64,000 nucleotides of DNA from Eledone cirrhosa (Eukaryota): NCBI GenBank assembly GCA_964016885.1, contig OZ024742.1, positions 100,006,001-100,070,000 of the forward strand, in the 5' to 3' direction. This document shows positions 13,480 through 27,422 of the stretch, one piece after another. How positions within the stretch are numbered: position 1 is the first letter of the stretch; every line of letters starts with the position of its first letter. Both the position numbers and the translations under genes were made by a program. The notes below the pieces were generated by a model. It was given only the letters and a program-made list of their open reading frames with translations. It did not search any database and was not told the DNA's origin.

Positions 13480-14720
13480 TATAATTAGGAAGGGGAAGTT
13501 TAAATGGTGGCCTTAGCAGCAAAGCCGGGGGCAGTGTATCGTCTGAGTGAAAAGTTGATTAAAATAGCCTATGAGGAACTGAAATAAAGGGATTGCTCTA
13601 TCTGGTAAACTAAAAAATTATGAGTCCTGAAATAAGAAGTTCAAGCAGAATTTATGTGCAACCAAAGAGGTTGTTTGACTAAATTGCTAGAAAAACAAGG
13701 GTGAAAGTTAATCCAGATGCAAAGGAGAGGAAACAGCTTTGGAACAACGGAGCAAAATGCATTGGTGAATTTGAAAGCTATTTCAGTTATGTGCGTCAAC
13801 AAAGCAATTTTAAGATAAATCGAAAACGTTTCGAAGAAGGTTCTGAATTAGAATGGTCCACGTCTTCCTGGGGTGCAAGGATACTGACTGAAAAAATACC
13901 AATTCATTCCATAAGATAATAATTACACAATTTGAAATTTGTTTGATATAAAGTAATGTCTGTAAGTGGATGACAACAAGGAGGACTGTTCTGTTTTTGA
14001 AAGGCATTTGACAATTCAAACGTTCTACCAATAATATGTTAGCCATTTATGAGAAAGTGATGACTTGCATAACAGCTGAAAAGCTATATAAATATTTGGA
14101 ATGTCTGAAATTACTACTATCAGAGCCGAAGAGATGTAGGAAGGGACGTAGAAGTATTAAAGGCCAGTTATTGGTAGACAAAATGGTAATAAGGAACTGC
14201 AAGAAGAGACTGACAGGGTTATGTTTTGCTTACATAGATGACAAGAAGGTATACTTAGCTTCATAGAGAAAATAATGGAAATGTTCGGTATTGATAAGAT
14301 TATGAAAAATCTGGTAAAAGAAAGTATGAAGCAATGGAATACCCAGCTGGGTTCTTGTGATAGTCAGCTAAGAAATATCAGGATTAGATGGGGTAACCTT
14401 TGGGGAAATGCCATGTCATCCTTGTTAGATATTCATGCAATGAATCTGCTTACAATGACAATGCACTAGGTGAAGGCTTCATATGACCTTGGTCCGGTTA
14501 AGGAGAAATTCAGTCTCTTGCTTTTTGTCCAAAATGAAGACCATCTCCATAGACTGATACACAATTCAAATACTTTTCTGGAGACATAAACATGGAATTC
14601 GAGTTATCAAAATTTGAGAATTTAGCCAAGTACGACACGTTAAAGTACGAAATAGTTTGGATGTGAAAGCTGAAGAAAGCTTTTGTGGGATTTTTCAATA
14701 CAGACTAATTAAAAAAAACT
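13480..14720 (+). pseudogene. Highly decayed Dong/R4-type RT fragment
   Basis: Residual motifs CRKGRRSIKGQLLVDKMVIRNCKKRLTGLCFAYIDDKK and KESMKQWNTQL..IRIRWGNLWGNAMSSL; many stops. Confidence 0.7.
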
Positions 14721-15805
14721 ACAATACAGGCTAGATATCATAGTCGAAGATAAGGCTGGTGGAGAGGGAAGTTTTGATCATAGAGCCATCATGTTTATTT
14801 GATACCAAGATAGAACAAACAGAACAGAAGTTGATCAACTGAAACCCATTGAACTATGAAATAGATTGTCTGTAGAAGCTGCAGGTAATAATCGATATTA
14901 TAAAAGAGAAGCTGTTTCACCGTCTGTCTGTTCATCACAACATATATCTAGGAGAGGTAAAGGGGAGGGGGAGTAAAAAGGGGAGAAGCACCCCTTTAAG
15001 TTTAGAGGAGAAAGGGAGATAATTTGTCATGCTTATAGTTTATTACAATACAAGGGTTAGAGTTAATAAGGTAAAGATCTGTAGAACGGGGGGTGACGAG
15101 CCAGTGGGGAGGGGGGCACTTTGTTATATCAATTTTTATTGGTTCACTTGTTACAGTGGAAGATATTACTGATACCTGCGTGAAGAGAAATGGAATAGGC
15201 TGTCCAAGAGAATAATTGCTAAAAACATGCCGCTTTTTTTCGTAACTTTCTCAACATTATTGTAAGTACGTAAAAAAAAAAAACACCATTACTATCGTAA
15301 AATGACGTAACTCCAAACAGAAACATCATTATCATAAAATTAATAGCTCTAAATGGTAACATTACGTATTATCATAAAAGGAACCAGCATTAAAGAACAA
15401 CAGTATTATTTAAAAAATGAAACTTCTCTAAACAGTAATTTTGTTATCATAAATTAAAATACCTCTAAACCAGAACTTTATTATTGTAGAATAAAATAGC
15501 TCTGGGTGGGAACATCATAATCATAAGTAAAATGAAATAGGTTTACTATGAAATAGAATTACTATTGTCGTGCGTCAAATATAATTGCAAGCAAAGAGGG
15601 TTCGAAACCGGATCGCTGATCCTGCAACACATAAGCACATCACTTCCTCTATGGAATCTCAATAAAAAAAAAAGCAATATAACATCAAATTACAGACATG
15701 CCTGAAAAAGAATATCAAGTTTAATTAAGATTAGTTTCCATTAAAGCTTAATTAAAAGTGTACTTTCCTGTCACTTCCCACAACCACCATTACTATAAAT
15801 AAAGT

Positions 15806-16945
15806 TGTGGTGGTGGTGATGGTGGTGATGGTGGTGGTGGTGGTACTGGTGCTGACGCTGGTACTGGTGGTGGTGGTGGTGGTGGTGGTACTGGTGCTGA
15901 TGCTGGTACCGGTGGTGGTGGAGGTTGTGGTAGTGGTGCTCTATGTCGTAGCGGTGCATATGTAGTTGTTTAGCAGACACACATGCACAGACATACACAC
16001 ACACATACGCACACACATATATACACACGTATATACTTAAGCCGTTACCTCCTTAGGGATATTTACTTCCTGCTAGACACCCCATATACACCACCTCCTT
16101 ATACTAGCAGCCATACCATCACCTTAGACAGCAACACGACTACCTAAACCAATAGAATTACCACCACCACCATCACTACATATATCGCACTAACATCACC
16201 ACCTATATCACAATCATCATCTACATACCACCACTACACACTACCAGCCTTACCACCATCCACCCCTACATCCCCACCACTACATATTACCTCAAACACC
16301 AACACTTCCACAACAACAACAATACTACCACCACTACTACGACCACCATCACCACCAGACTCACTACCATCCATCCCCACATCACCATCACTACATATTG
16401 ATACCAACGCCACCACAGCAACAACACTACTACCACCACTACTACGACCACCATCACCACCAGACTCACTACCATCCACCCCAGTCATACCAACCCCACC
16501 CTAGCCCCGAGAACAAAAGAAGGTCAATGAAGGATTTGCTTCTTGTTGATTTTCATCATTGCTAATTCAATAAGATATGAGTGTTGTTGTTGTCATGGTG
16601 GTGGTGGTGGTGGTTGTGGTTAGGTGGTGGTTATAGTTTTGTCGACGTTGTCGATGCTGTTGGTGGTAGTGGTGGTGGTGCTGGTGGCGGTGATGGTGGC
16701 GGTGGTGGTGGTGGCGGTGTTAATGGTGGTAGGGATAGCGGTGGTAGTGTTAGGGTAGTGGTGTTGACGTTTGTTATGGTGGTGGTAGTGATGGAGTTGT
16801 GGTGTCTGTGGGGTGGTCGTTGTATTCTGGTAGTAATAGTGATGCTTTTGCTGTGGATGCGGTAGTGGTTTTGGTGTTGGGATATTGGTGTTGTTGCGGT
16901 AGTGTTGGTGATGGTGGTGGTGCCGGCGACGGCGACGTTGGTGCT
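15806..16945. repeat. (GGT)n/(CAC)n-rich low-complexity block including a ~108 bp duplication
   Basis: Trinucleotide tracts; ACTACTACGACCACCATCACCACCAGACTCACTACCATCCA repeats at ~16333 and ~16438. Confidence 0.85.
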
Positions 16946-17990
16946 GTTAAAATTATCAGCAGAATGGTAATGATTGGTAATGTCTTTGCTGTAGTTTCCA
17001 AGCAGCGAAGGTAGCGAAACGATCATTGTATTTCTGTTGTTCTTTAATCCCATGTCAACCCTACTCCGGCAGAACTAGACGTTCTAACCATAATTGATCA
17101 ATCTTTTTTGTACAAGCCTGTCAGTTTTGCATATAGAAATATACATATGATAACATTTTTATCATATGTATATGACGAAGGGTAACCTGGCATGCAGTCC
17201 ATTGGCATGCAGTCCAATGGCGGAAATTGGGGCTGTGCAGCCTTACACCCCCCCCCCCCCAATATTCCCTCTAAATTACCCTCCCAGTCAAAGCCGCATG
17301 TAGTGTTATCTAGTGTGTGTGCGTGCGTGTGTGTGTGTTATCTTTTTATGTGTCTACGATTTAGTAAGCAGCCAAAATTCTGCTTGCTTCAACCGACGCA
17401 ATTGATCAACAAAGAGTCTATAACGCATGCATTGCATGCGTTGCATGCACGCACCTTTCACCCCTGGATAAAACCTTCTCTTATACATACGCTTATATAT
17501 ATGAGCGGGGCATGCAAAAGGTTAACAGAAATAATGAAGCAAACGACACAGTACAATGAAGACGAGCATATATATATATATATATATAAATTAAAGAAGG
17601 AACAGAAATATTGAGGTGACGAGCATATATATTTATATATATATATATCCCATCGCTTCATGGAATACCCACACGCAGAAATTGACCAACAACCAATCCA
17701 CTAAACATCTTCGGAATTTACCAACTTTTCAACCATCCTCTTACGTAATCACCTATATAACTCACCCACACACACACCCAAAAAAATTTTTTTCTCCACA
17801 CGCCACCTACACCCACAACACGCTTAAACCCCACACACACGTGCTTTCCACCACATATTTACACCCTCAGTCTCCTGATTCCTCTCCCCCCACCCCTCTA
17901 TCCACACACGCACAGACACTCCGCTCCCCCCCCCCCCCCACACACACACCTCTTCCTGAACATGCAACCCCGTTCTTCCCCCAACCCTTA

Positions 17991-18029
<39 letters not shown>

Positions 18030-18304
18030 CTACAGACACACACCACCTTCACCCCTCCCCGCTCGGACACCCCGTCTCCCTCTCCCCACTCCACCCGCCA
18101 CCACGCCTACACACCCCACACCCTTCCACCACCTGTTTACCCCCCTTTTAATTTTTAGTTTATTTTGATCATGCCTTTATTTTTAAATTTATCTCATTCC
18201 TTGTATTTTGATCATGCTTTATTTTTATTTTTATCTTTATTTTTTATTTTTTCATTCGCACCGTTTCCTTTCGCTATATGTCTCTCCACCACTCCCACAC
18301 ACTT

Positions 18305-18342
18305 CTCACCTGAGGAAGGGCTTATGCCCGAAACGTCGTCCC
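18305..18342 (+). ncRNA. Minimal hammerhead motif (PLE type)
   Basis: CTGAGGA-A-GGGC-TTAT-GCCC-GAAACGTC with AATAAA downstream. A mutated inverse copy lies at 27042-27080. Stem I is weak. Confidence 0.65.
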
Positions 18343-18512
18343 CCACCAACACCCCACTCTCCAGAGCGTGAAATTAATAAACATTCGTTGTACTGCCTCT
18401 CTCTTATGTCCCTGTTCAAATTTTTCCATTATATATATATATATATATATATAAGATGAGCATATACATATATATATAAATTAAAGAAGGAACAAAAATA
18501 TTGAGGAGACGA

Positions 18513-18551
<39 letters not shown>

Positions 18552-18619
18552 CTCTGTCTGATGACCGATCCAGACGTATATTAATATTGTCTGGGATCCA
18601 GAAACCTTTGGTAACAGAG
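18552..18619 (+). ncRNA. Type I hammerhead ribozyme motif
   Basis: Stem I CTCTGT/ACAGAG, core CTGATGA (18558), stem II CCAGAC/GTCTGG, then GAAACC-TTT-GGTA (cleavage triplet GTA). Confidence 0.75.
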
Positions 18620-18643
18620 TAGTTATATTTTGTGTTCACTTTC

Positions 18644-18700
<57 letters not shown>

Positions 18701-19173
18701 GTATATATAGTGTATTTTGCAATACACTGTATGCTTAATTAAAAGCATTTCGGAGACCTTACGCTATTGTTTTATGGTAGTGACAGTCTCACTTACTTTA
18801 AATTTTCAGCAAACAGAGGAGATAAAGCTGACAGAGCTCTGTTTCGTACTGATTGGTACTTATCAAAACCAAGTACTCCACCTGTTTGCTGAAAATCATG
18901 AATGTTTGATTCTTATAGAATTCTAGTAATAATCAGGAACTAAGAGAAATTTCTTTATTAGCCACAAGGGCACAGAAGAAGGGGACAAATACAAATGGGG
19001 AGTTTACATACAGGTATACGAAAATAAAACTATTAATAAAATAACAAATAACAATTGAAATCCCCAATAGGTGGCGTTACACAAGGTTGTACATCCCGAA
19101 AAAATGTACAGCCCTCATCTCCAGGAGCACCAAGAGTGAGTACTCCCTTCCTCTCTTCCTCTTTTTCCTCAAC

Positions 19174-22100
19174 CTACAGGCTTATATAGAGAGAAAGCCC
19201 AACCACTCGGGCCATCTTTGCCACATTCACCCACCTTTTATAAAATTTGCTGGGGTACAGCACCTCTCTCTCCATCCTGATTCTTCTTCCAAAATGATAT
19301 TTGAAAAAACGAATCAGTTGCTCGCCGGTGAGAAACGTGTCTGACCTCAGCCCTTTTAACCTCGTCCACCATATAACCTCTTTCACCATAGCCATAACAC
19401 ATAGAAGGAGGGTGGCGGTTTGATCATGACAATGGACTCGGTGGTCAACTGGATTGATCCCACCCGCGACAATAGTCGTTCTACATAGACCAACAGGTCG
19501 ATAACGTCCGGGCAGTGTACAAATGCGCGCGCGACGGTTTCGTCGTTGCGCACGCATCTCGGACAGATGTTTTTCGAAGGGTCCCTGCCCGGGCGCCCTG
19601 TCCGTAGAGCTTGTCTCGAACTGATAGAGCTCCTCGGTAGCACTGCCAGGCCAGGGACTTTTGAGAGTTGTCCATTGGTCACGGGCGGAAGGTCCTACCG
19701 AACAGACTGGCCAGTTCGTCCTCCTCTACGCCTAGAGTTTCTCAGAGCGCGTCGTCGCACTTGCTGCGGACCAACCCTCTATAGAATGTCGAAGTGGTGT
19801 CTCCACTGATCGCCGGGTCCGTTTGCCAGAGGACTGTGAGCGCCTGAGCACATTCGATGTGCCAGTCGCCTATTTTCCTCGGTCTTTGCTTGACACAAGA
19901 CTGCAGCTCGGTCAGCGAGACGAGTCGTGGAAGGCTCGCCTTACGAATGAGGCCCACACCGGTTGTCCGGTGAGGAATACGTGGAGGTGCCGCAGCCTGA
20001 GCGCGTGTTTGCGCATCGTCGGCCACAGCATCCCCAGCCCTCCGTTTGAAGGGTATTGGCAGCAGATGGATCTCCTCACCAAAGGAGCCCGTTTCTTCCA
20101 AAGGAATTGGAAGAACGCGCGCTCCATTTTGGTGAGCTTTTTGGCTGGACAAGGCACGACGGTCAAGCAGTAGTAGATGACGGACGCTATAAAAGTGTAC
20201 GCCACCTCCGCTCGACCTTTCAAGGATAGCTTGCACTCGGCCCACTTCTGGATGAGCGCAAACACCTTGGCCGTCACCTCATCCAGTTCTTCTCCACCTG
20301 GAGGTCCGGACCAAACGAGACCCCGAGCAGCTTTACCGCCCCTACCGTCCAGCGTCCGACGACGTCATCGGAAGGCATCGGTTTTCCTCTGCACGTTCCG
20401 AGTTGCCAACCGACAGATTTGTCCCCGTTCAGTTTCGTTCTTGTGAACCTTTCGTATTCCTCCAGTAAGGTGCCGACCTCCCCGATTTGCGAGGTGCTCG
20501 ACACCATCACTGTCATGTCTTCGGCGTAAGCCGACGTCGCTTTTAGCAGTCCTGGTTCCAAAGGGATGCCCTGTAATAGCTCCAGCTTCCGCAGTAGTGG
20601 CTCGAGAGTCAGTACGTACAGAAGGGAGGAGAGAGGGCATCCCTGTCGGATGGATCGCGTGATATGGAACGGCTCTGAGAGGTAGCCGTTCACCTTGACC
20701 CTTGAGCATGTTGCTGCTGTGCATTGCAGCAATCCAGCCCCTGAACACGGGACCGAAGCCTGCCGCCTCGAGCACCGCATTCAGGTAACGATGGTCAACC
20801 CTATCGAAAGCCTTAGACTGATCCAAGTTGACCAGGGCCCCAACGAAGCCGGGTTTACACCCTACCCTCTCTATGATGTATTGCATGAGGTGGAGGTTGT
20901 CGTGTATGGACCTGGTCGGGATTGCGCATGTCTGCGCTTCTCCCACCAGGTTCTCGACGACAAGCGCCAGCCTCTTTGCCAACACCTTGGCCAAAATCTG
21001 TAACTCTGAGTTATGGGCCGGAAGGTGCCTATGTCATCCCCCTTATTCTCGTCCTTCCTGACTAGTGTGACTACGCCCCCGGTCACAGAACTGGGAATTC
21101 TCCCGTTTTGTTGCCAGTTGCAGTAGACCGCTTCCAGGAGACCGGAGAATAAGTCCGGCATTGCTACGTAAAATTCGTAGGGTAGACCGTCGAGACCTGG
21201 AGAATTGCGTTTGCCGCATTGGCTCAGCCCGTCCCCTATCTCAGCGGCTAAAATCGGCTTTTCGCAGAACTTTGTCTCGCTGTCCGAGAGTCGGGGTAGG
21301 CTGTCGAGGTATGGACCGAAATCCATAGCCCCTCCCGGCGCGCCGCCCTGCCCGAACAGTTGAGCAAAGTGCCGCTGAAAGGCCGCACACATCTGCTTCG
21401 GCTCACGTATCACGCGTCCGTTTTGGTCCTTCAAAGACCGAATCGTGGACTTGTTGCCACTTTTTGCCTCCGTCACTCGGGCCCAGCTAACAGCTTTGGC
21501 TCCCTCGTTTTCCAGAGCACGTATTTTGCTTCTGACAACGCAGCTTTCATGCTTTGCGTCGAAGAACTGGTCCAAGGCCGTTCTTGTCGCTAGCACGCTG
21601 GCTACGTTGCCACTCCTAAGTGCCTCTTGTACTTTATCTACCAGTTCATTTTCGGTTTTAGTTTTATCTAACACTAATTCTTTACTAAAACCTATCGAGT
21701 CTAATCTAACTACCCTCTTGAGAGAGTACCACCATCTGTTGTTGACAATGGCCCCCGTCAAGTGCTGCTTAACTAAAGTGCTAATCCGTCTACTGTAGGC
21801 TTTGCATGTCGGTAACGACAAGTTCAGCTTCCAGTAGCCGGGTCCCTGTCTATGGGTTTTGTCAGGGTTGACTAAGCAGGTCACTAATTTGTGATCTGAA
21901 TAAGCAACCATGAACATTTGTGGACAGCTTAACATTTCCCTATCCTTCTTTCTAACTAGAACCCTATCTAAGTACGATCTAGATGTTCCGCTACGATGAA
22001 TCCACATCCACAGTGGCGCAGTCGAAAAATCTGTTTGAGGCTGTTACACCCCCCTCTGACATAGTCCCAACGTGAATCTAGGATTCCATTCCAGTCCCCC

Positions 22101-22516
22101 ACTAATAGCAGGGAGCGGGACGTTCCCAGAAAAGTCTCTAGACATTTGAAGAAGTCTGGCCGCGGTGTTCCGGATGGGGCATATGCGGCCACCAGCCTGA
22201 AGGCTCCACCTTCACTACCGTCAACGTCTAGGACCATCAGTCGACCCTCCGTGTCCAGATGTACCGTCTGTGTTACGAGGTCCAGGTGTTTCCGCAGCAA
22301 AACGGCAACCCTACCTCCACCTCCCGGTTGACAGAGAGATGCGTAAATCACGAAGTCGTCGAAGATGGAGGCCAGTTGTTGCTCGCTGTGGATCCTGGAC
22401 TCGCAAATGGCTACTACATCCATACTGTGCGACCTGAGGTCGTTTAAGAGTTTGCCCTGTTTCCAGGGCATCCCCAGGTCGCGTACATTCACACATCCAA
22501 CTCTTATATTGGCCAT
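19174..22516 (-). pseudogene. Tx1-type ORF2 (APE endonuclease + RT + C-terminal Cys motif), several frameshifts
   Basis: APE motifs CVNVRDL, AAYAP, VGDWN, YLDRV and SDH. RT motifs SPGLDGLPYEFY, FRPIT, LDQSKAFDRVDH, SIRQGCPLS and AYAED. C-terminal CPRC..ETVARAFVHC. Confidence 0.9.
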
Positions 22517-22556
22517 GTTGGTGCTGAAAAGTTAAAAGAAGTGGAAAAGAAATCAC

Positions 22557-23666
22557 TCACCTCTTCGTCTCCTGGGGACCAGGCTGCACAATTTCCATGG
22601 GGATGTCGGAGGGGTTGTTTGGTGGGGTGGTGTCCTCTGGAGGCGTGGGGACGGAGATGTTTTGTGGGGAGGGGGTGTCTGGTGGGATGGGGGTGGGGGT
22701 GGGGAAACATTTTAACAGGACTCGATTGTAGGGTTTGACGCAGGGGTTACCTACGTCGTTATGAAATTTTTCTTTTAACTGTTTATGTCTGGCCATGGAG
22801 GTCCTAATCATTTTAAGATTAGGATTCTCCGAAGAGTGTGTAAAAGTTTTCACTTCGCTCTCCACCGAAGGGTTTTTATATATGGTGTCTGTTAAAGTTT
22901 TATTGTTAGTATTTATGTAAGTGTAACATTTTTGTTGTGTTGTGTTGCTTTTTGTCTGTGGTTCTTGTGTGTGTTTACGTTTTGTAGTAGGTGTTTTGTT
23001 TTCAGGAGGGGGGGGGGTGCTGTTTGCGTCACTTGTGTTGGTGTTTGTGTGTTTGTTGCATCTTTGTTTGTGTTATGTCTTTTCTTTTTTCTTTTTACTG
23101 GTCGGAAAGGGTCTCCCTCATCGTCACTGGGTGACGATGATGAAGCCTCATCCGTGTTGTTGGGGAGGGGTACATTTTGGGGGGGCTGTTATGTGTGTGG
23201 GTGTTTTGGGAGTTGTTTTAGATGGGGAGGGGTTGGGTTGGACTGTGTTTGTCGTTTGTTTTGGTGTCACTATTTTTTTATGTTGTTGTGTTGGTGGTGG
23301 TGATTGTTGTGCTGGTGTTGCAGGTGTTGGCAGTAGTGCCTTTTTTGGGGGGCTAGTTAGCCGAGGACAGGAAGCTCTCAGGTGACCCCTGTTTAAGCAG
23401 TGGTAACATGAGGGCTGCCTACCCTCGACCGAAACGTTTATGTATATAAGCCCATCCAGCAGCACACGTTCCGGGATCCTAGCTATTCGTTCTGGTGTCA
23501 TTTGGACCAGAACTTCCAGGCTAGTTCCGCCCAACAGGTCGCCGGAGGACTTATCTACCGATATTATATAGTCTTTTTCGAGGTTTAAAAATCCACATAG
23601 TACCCACCAAATATCAATATTTGGTATGATACTTTGGATTTTTATTTTCTGTGTTCTTTTCCCCAT
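22557..23666 (-). pseudogene. Tx1-type ORF1 (gag-like nucleic-acid binding protein), frameshifted
   Basis: Starts MGKRTQKIKI at 23666, contains VSVEGRQPSCYHCLNRGHLRASCP, followed by a Pro/Thr-rich region; ends just before ORF2. Confidence 0.75.
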
Positions 23667-23735
23667 GTAAGTGGGGAAAAGGGTGAACAGCGGTGACACA
23701 ATTGGCGACACAGAATATTTCTGTGCCGTCAATAT

Positions 23736-23780
<45 letters not shown>

Positions 23781-24284
23781 AGTAGTTCCACAACCATACG
23801 GTTGTTTTTCCTTCTCAATACATATATATATATATATACATATATGGGGGAGTATGCAAAAGGCAAACAGAAAAAACAAAGCAAATGACACAGTACAATG
23901 AAGAAATGTATGTGTGTAACCAGAAACCGAAATACATTCTATATTCACTCCCAAGGCAACCTTCCTACGGATAGTATTGTATTTAGTTTTAACAATATCA
24001 TGCCAAAAAGAGTAGTAATAATAAAGACATTTTTCCGTAGTTGTTGTTTACATGCATGGTATCTTCGTAGAAATCTGACTTGGTCGGCATTTTCCATCAC
24101 ATCTTCATTGTTTAATTATTTCATTGTTTCTTTGGCTCATTAGGAAGTTAGTAATTGACTCTTGCTTTTAGATAGCCAAAATATAACCTTCAAAGCGTGG
24201 TGTTGTGTAACATTCCTAAGTACCAGAAATTGTACGCTTCCTATCAAAGTTAGCATACATATTCTATTATATTAAAGCTGGTAG

Positions 24285-24495
24285 GGCTATAGAGGGTCGG
24301 ACGCCATGCTTTGCAGCATAGAGTTACGGCCCTTTATGATCTGAGCTCAAATCTCGTTGAGGTTAACTTTGCCTTTCATCCTTACGGGGTCGATAAAATA
24401 AAGTACCAGTTACGCACTTGGGTCGATTTAATCGACCCCCCCCCCCAAAAAAAAAAAAAAAATTGCCGGCCTTTTGCCTATATAAGAAACCATTA
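24285..24495 (+). mobile_element. SINE family 2 (long variant)
   Basis: AGAGGGTCGGACGCCATGC..GCCTTTCATCCTTACGGGGTCGATAAAATAAAGTACC..GGGTCGATTTAATCGAC. Confidence 0.85.
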
Positions 24496-24764
24496 TATTA
24501 AAGCTGGTAAATCTGTGGTGTAAAACGTCTGCCACGTTTGGGAAAGGAGGTAACAACGATAGGACAACAAGTTGTATCACATTAATGATATTCCATGGAG
24601 ATACATGTAGTCACATATCATCAGTGAAAATGCAAAAGAAGTTTTGACTCAACCTGGTATGTGTTATGTTTATGTGTGGCATTGTATAACTCAGCATGAG
24701 AATATGTGAAAATATGTATTCTTTTAATGTGCCTACGTAAATGTGTGACTACAGTCAACCTTAC

Positions 24765-25030
24765 CCTGTATCCTCGGTATCATGTATTAATTTCTCCATC
24801 CGCCTTCTGAGATATGTTTCACTGTTACAAGGGATTTAGTCCCCTTTCTTGACCTGTGTATCATAATCTCTCCCTCCGCCTTTTTGAGATTTTCTCTCTT
24901 GCTACGAACGTGTCTGGGATTTTTTTCAGGGTTATAAGAGGCTTAGCTCTGTTTCTTGACCGCTGTATCACGTGATTGACTCCCCCTCCGCCCTTCGGGA
25001 TTCTATCTCGCATCTTACGGACGTGTTTTG
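24765..25030. repeat. Three diverged tandem units (~90-110 bp)
   Basis: TGTATC..CTCC.TCCGCCTT..GAGAT recurs at ~24767, ~24857 and ~24965. Confidence 0.6.
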
Positions 25031-25211
25031 AAACCCTTAATGAGGTATCCTCTTCATAAGTCGGCAGACCTCACAAACATTCTATATCTCTGTGATGTAG
25101 TGTTTTTGCATAATATGCCACGAAACTACGTAGTCGGGGACTAAAGAGGCAGTTTAGGTATGATATATCTTATTACTAATTATATCTAATGTAGCTTCTC
25201 TCTTCATAATG

Positions 25212-25281
<70 letters not shown>

Positions 25282-25552
25282 GTATGGATATTCCAACAGG
25301 CACTAAGTACCTACAGAAATATGCATGGTGTTTATAATAGTTGTGGTTCAATGGTACTAATTTGATATACCAGAACTATAAAAATGAGCGGAACAAGTAA
25401 TCATCAAACAATCTTTTAAATAAATTAAAATACGATTTAAATATTCACCTGTTCTATTGCCGATACCGACGGTTTCACTAATCAAAAGATTGGAAATTCA
25501 GAGAATTTCCAATGGAAAGAATTAAATCTTCAGACAGCTATTTCCGTACTAT

Positions 25553-25752
25553 NNNNNNNNNNNNNNNNNNNNNNNNNNNNNNNNNNNNNNNNNNNNNNNN
25601 NNNNNNNNNNNNNNNNNNNNNNNNNNNNNNNNNNNNNNNNNNNNNNNNNNNNNNNNNNNNNNNNNNNNNNNNNNNNNNNNNNNNNNNNNNNNNNNNNNNN
25701 NNNNNNNNNNNNNNNNNNNNNNNNNNNNNNNNNNNNNNNNNNNNNNNNNNNN
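25553..25752. other. Assembly gap (200 N)
   Basis: Run of N. Confidence 1.
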
Positions 25753-26915
25753 GAAAGGAGGGCTGGGGATGCCGTGGCTAATGATGCGTAAACACGCATT
25801 AAGGCTACGGCACCTCTACGTATTCCTCACCGGACAACCGGTGTGGGCCTCGTTTGTGAGACGAACCTTTCCCAGACTCGTCTCACTCACCGAGCTGCAA
25901 TCCTGGGTCAAGCAAAGACCGAGAAAACTGGGCGCCTGGCACACTGAGTGTGCCCAGGCGCTCACCGCCCTCTGGCAGGCGGATCCGGTTATCAGTGGAG
26001 ACTCCACCGCAACATTCTATAGAGGGCTGGTACGCAGCAGGTGCGACGGCGCCCTCGGAGAAGCCCTAGACATGGAGGAGGACGAACTGGCCAGCCTGTT
26101 CGGTAGGACATTCAGCCCAGGACCTATGGACAACTTCCAGAAGTCCCTGGCCTGGGAGTGCTACCGAGGGGCTTTACCCGTTCGAGAAAGGCTCTACAGA
26201 CACGGGCGCCCGGGTAGGGACCCCGCCAAAAAGATCTGTCCCAGATGCGTGTGCGACGAGGAAACCGTTGCACACGCATTGGTACACTGCTCGGGCGTAG
26301 CCGATCTGTGGGGCTATGTCGAACAACTGCTGTCAAGGGTGGGACCGATCCGGTTGACCACCGAGTCTATTGTAATGATCAAGCCGCCTCCCCCCTTCAA
26401 AGATGAAGCAGAGGCAGTGTTTCTGTGCGTAATAGCCATGGCGAAAGAGGTTGTATGGTGGACGCGTCTGAAAGGACTGAGGTCAGGCACCTTTCTCTCT
26501 GGCCAACAACTGGTCCGTTTCTTCCGTTATCATTTCGGAAGAAGGATCAGGATGGAGAGAGAGGTGCTGCACCCCAGCCGTTTCTATGAAAGATGGGTGA
26601 AAGTGGCGAGAATGGCCCGTGTGAATGGGCCTTCACTCTATCAGACTATAGGTGAGGAAGATGAAAGACCAAGGGAGCACCCCTTCTCTGTGCTCCTGAG
26701 GAGAAGGGTTGCACACTTTTTTCGGGGGTGTGTGCGACCCCCCAAGGCGCCTCCTCTCTATTGAGGATTTTGTTAAAAATTTTATTTTTTGTTATATCTT
26801 ATTTTATTTTTATATTTTGTTATTGCCTCCTCCTTATTGAGGACGCCTTTTTGTGTAAACTCCCCCCTTTGTACTTGTCCCACTTTTGATGCCCTAGTGG
26901 CAAATAAAAGAAACA
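25753..26915 (+). mobile_element. Second copy of the Tx1-like LINE, 3' portion (5' part hidden by the gap)
   Basis: ORF 25769-26764 closely parallels the 19174-20050 translation, with an intact CPRC..H..HC. The 3' end AATAAAAGAAA is followed by TCTA repeats. Confidence 0.9.
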
Positions 26916-27238
26916 TATCTATCTATCTCTATGTATATATATATAGTTTAATAAATGAACAGAGAACAAAAAATAGAAAAACGAAGTGGCAGTACAAATG
27001 ATATTAGTATTAGTTTCACGCTTGAGAGTGGAGGTGGGTGGGGGACGACGTTTTGGGCATAAGCCCTTCATCGGGAGAAAAGTGTGTAGGAAGAGAGTTC
27101 CGTAGGTGTGTGGGGGAATGGTGGAAAAGCATTTACAAAAAAGGGGGATATATATATATATACACTATACAGCGAACCTCCAACCGTCAAAGTTGTTCTT
27201 CGACGGGTATGTCAACATTTATAAAACAAATTTTGCAT

Positions 27239-27299
27239 TTTATCTGATGAAAGCGCACCAAAATTTGCCTTGGTTGTCCTTGAAATATATATAATAAAA
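27239..27299 (+). ncRNA. Minimal hammerhead motif, same family as the 44251-44586 palindrome
   Basis: TTTAT-CTGATGA...GAAA-TATATATA-ATAAA (stem I TTTAT/ATAAA, palindromic stem III). Confidence 0.55.
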
Positions 27300-27348
27300 T
27301 AAATATGGTTTTATAAATATAGTTTCCATTTATTAATATAATGTATAT

Positions 27349-27422
<74 letters not shown>

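Larger units (their letters stand above)
18945..23735 (-). mobile_element. Near full-length Tx1/L1-clade LINE (ORF1 + ORF2), frameshifted
   Basis: ORF1 with a CCHC knuckle, then APE and RT segments in successive frames. 3' end has AATAAA near 18955; 5' end abuts (GATA)n at 23737-23780. Confidence 0.9.
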
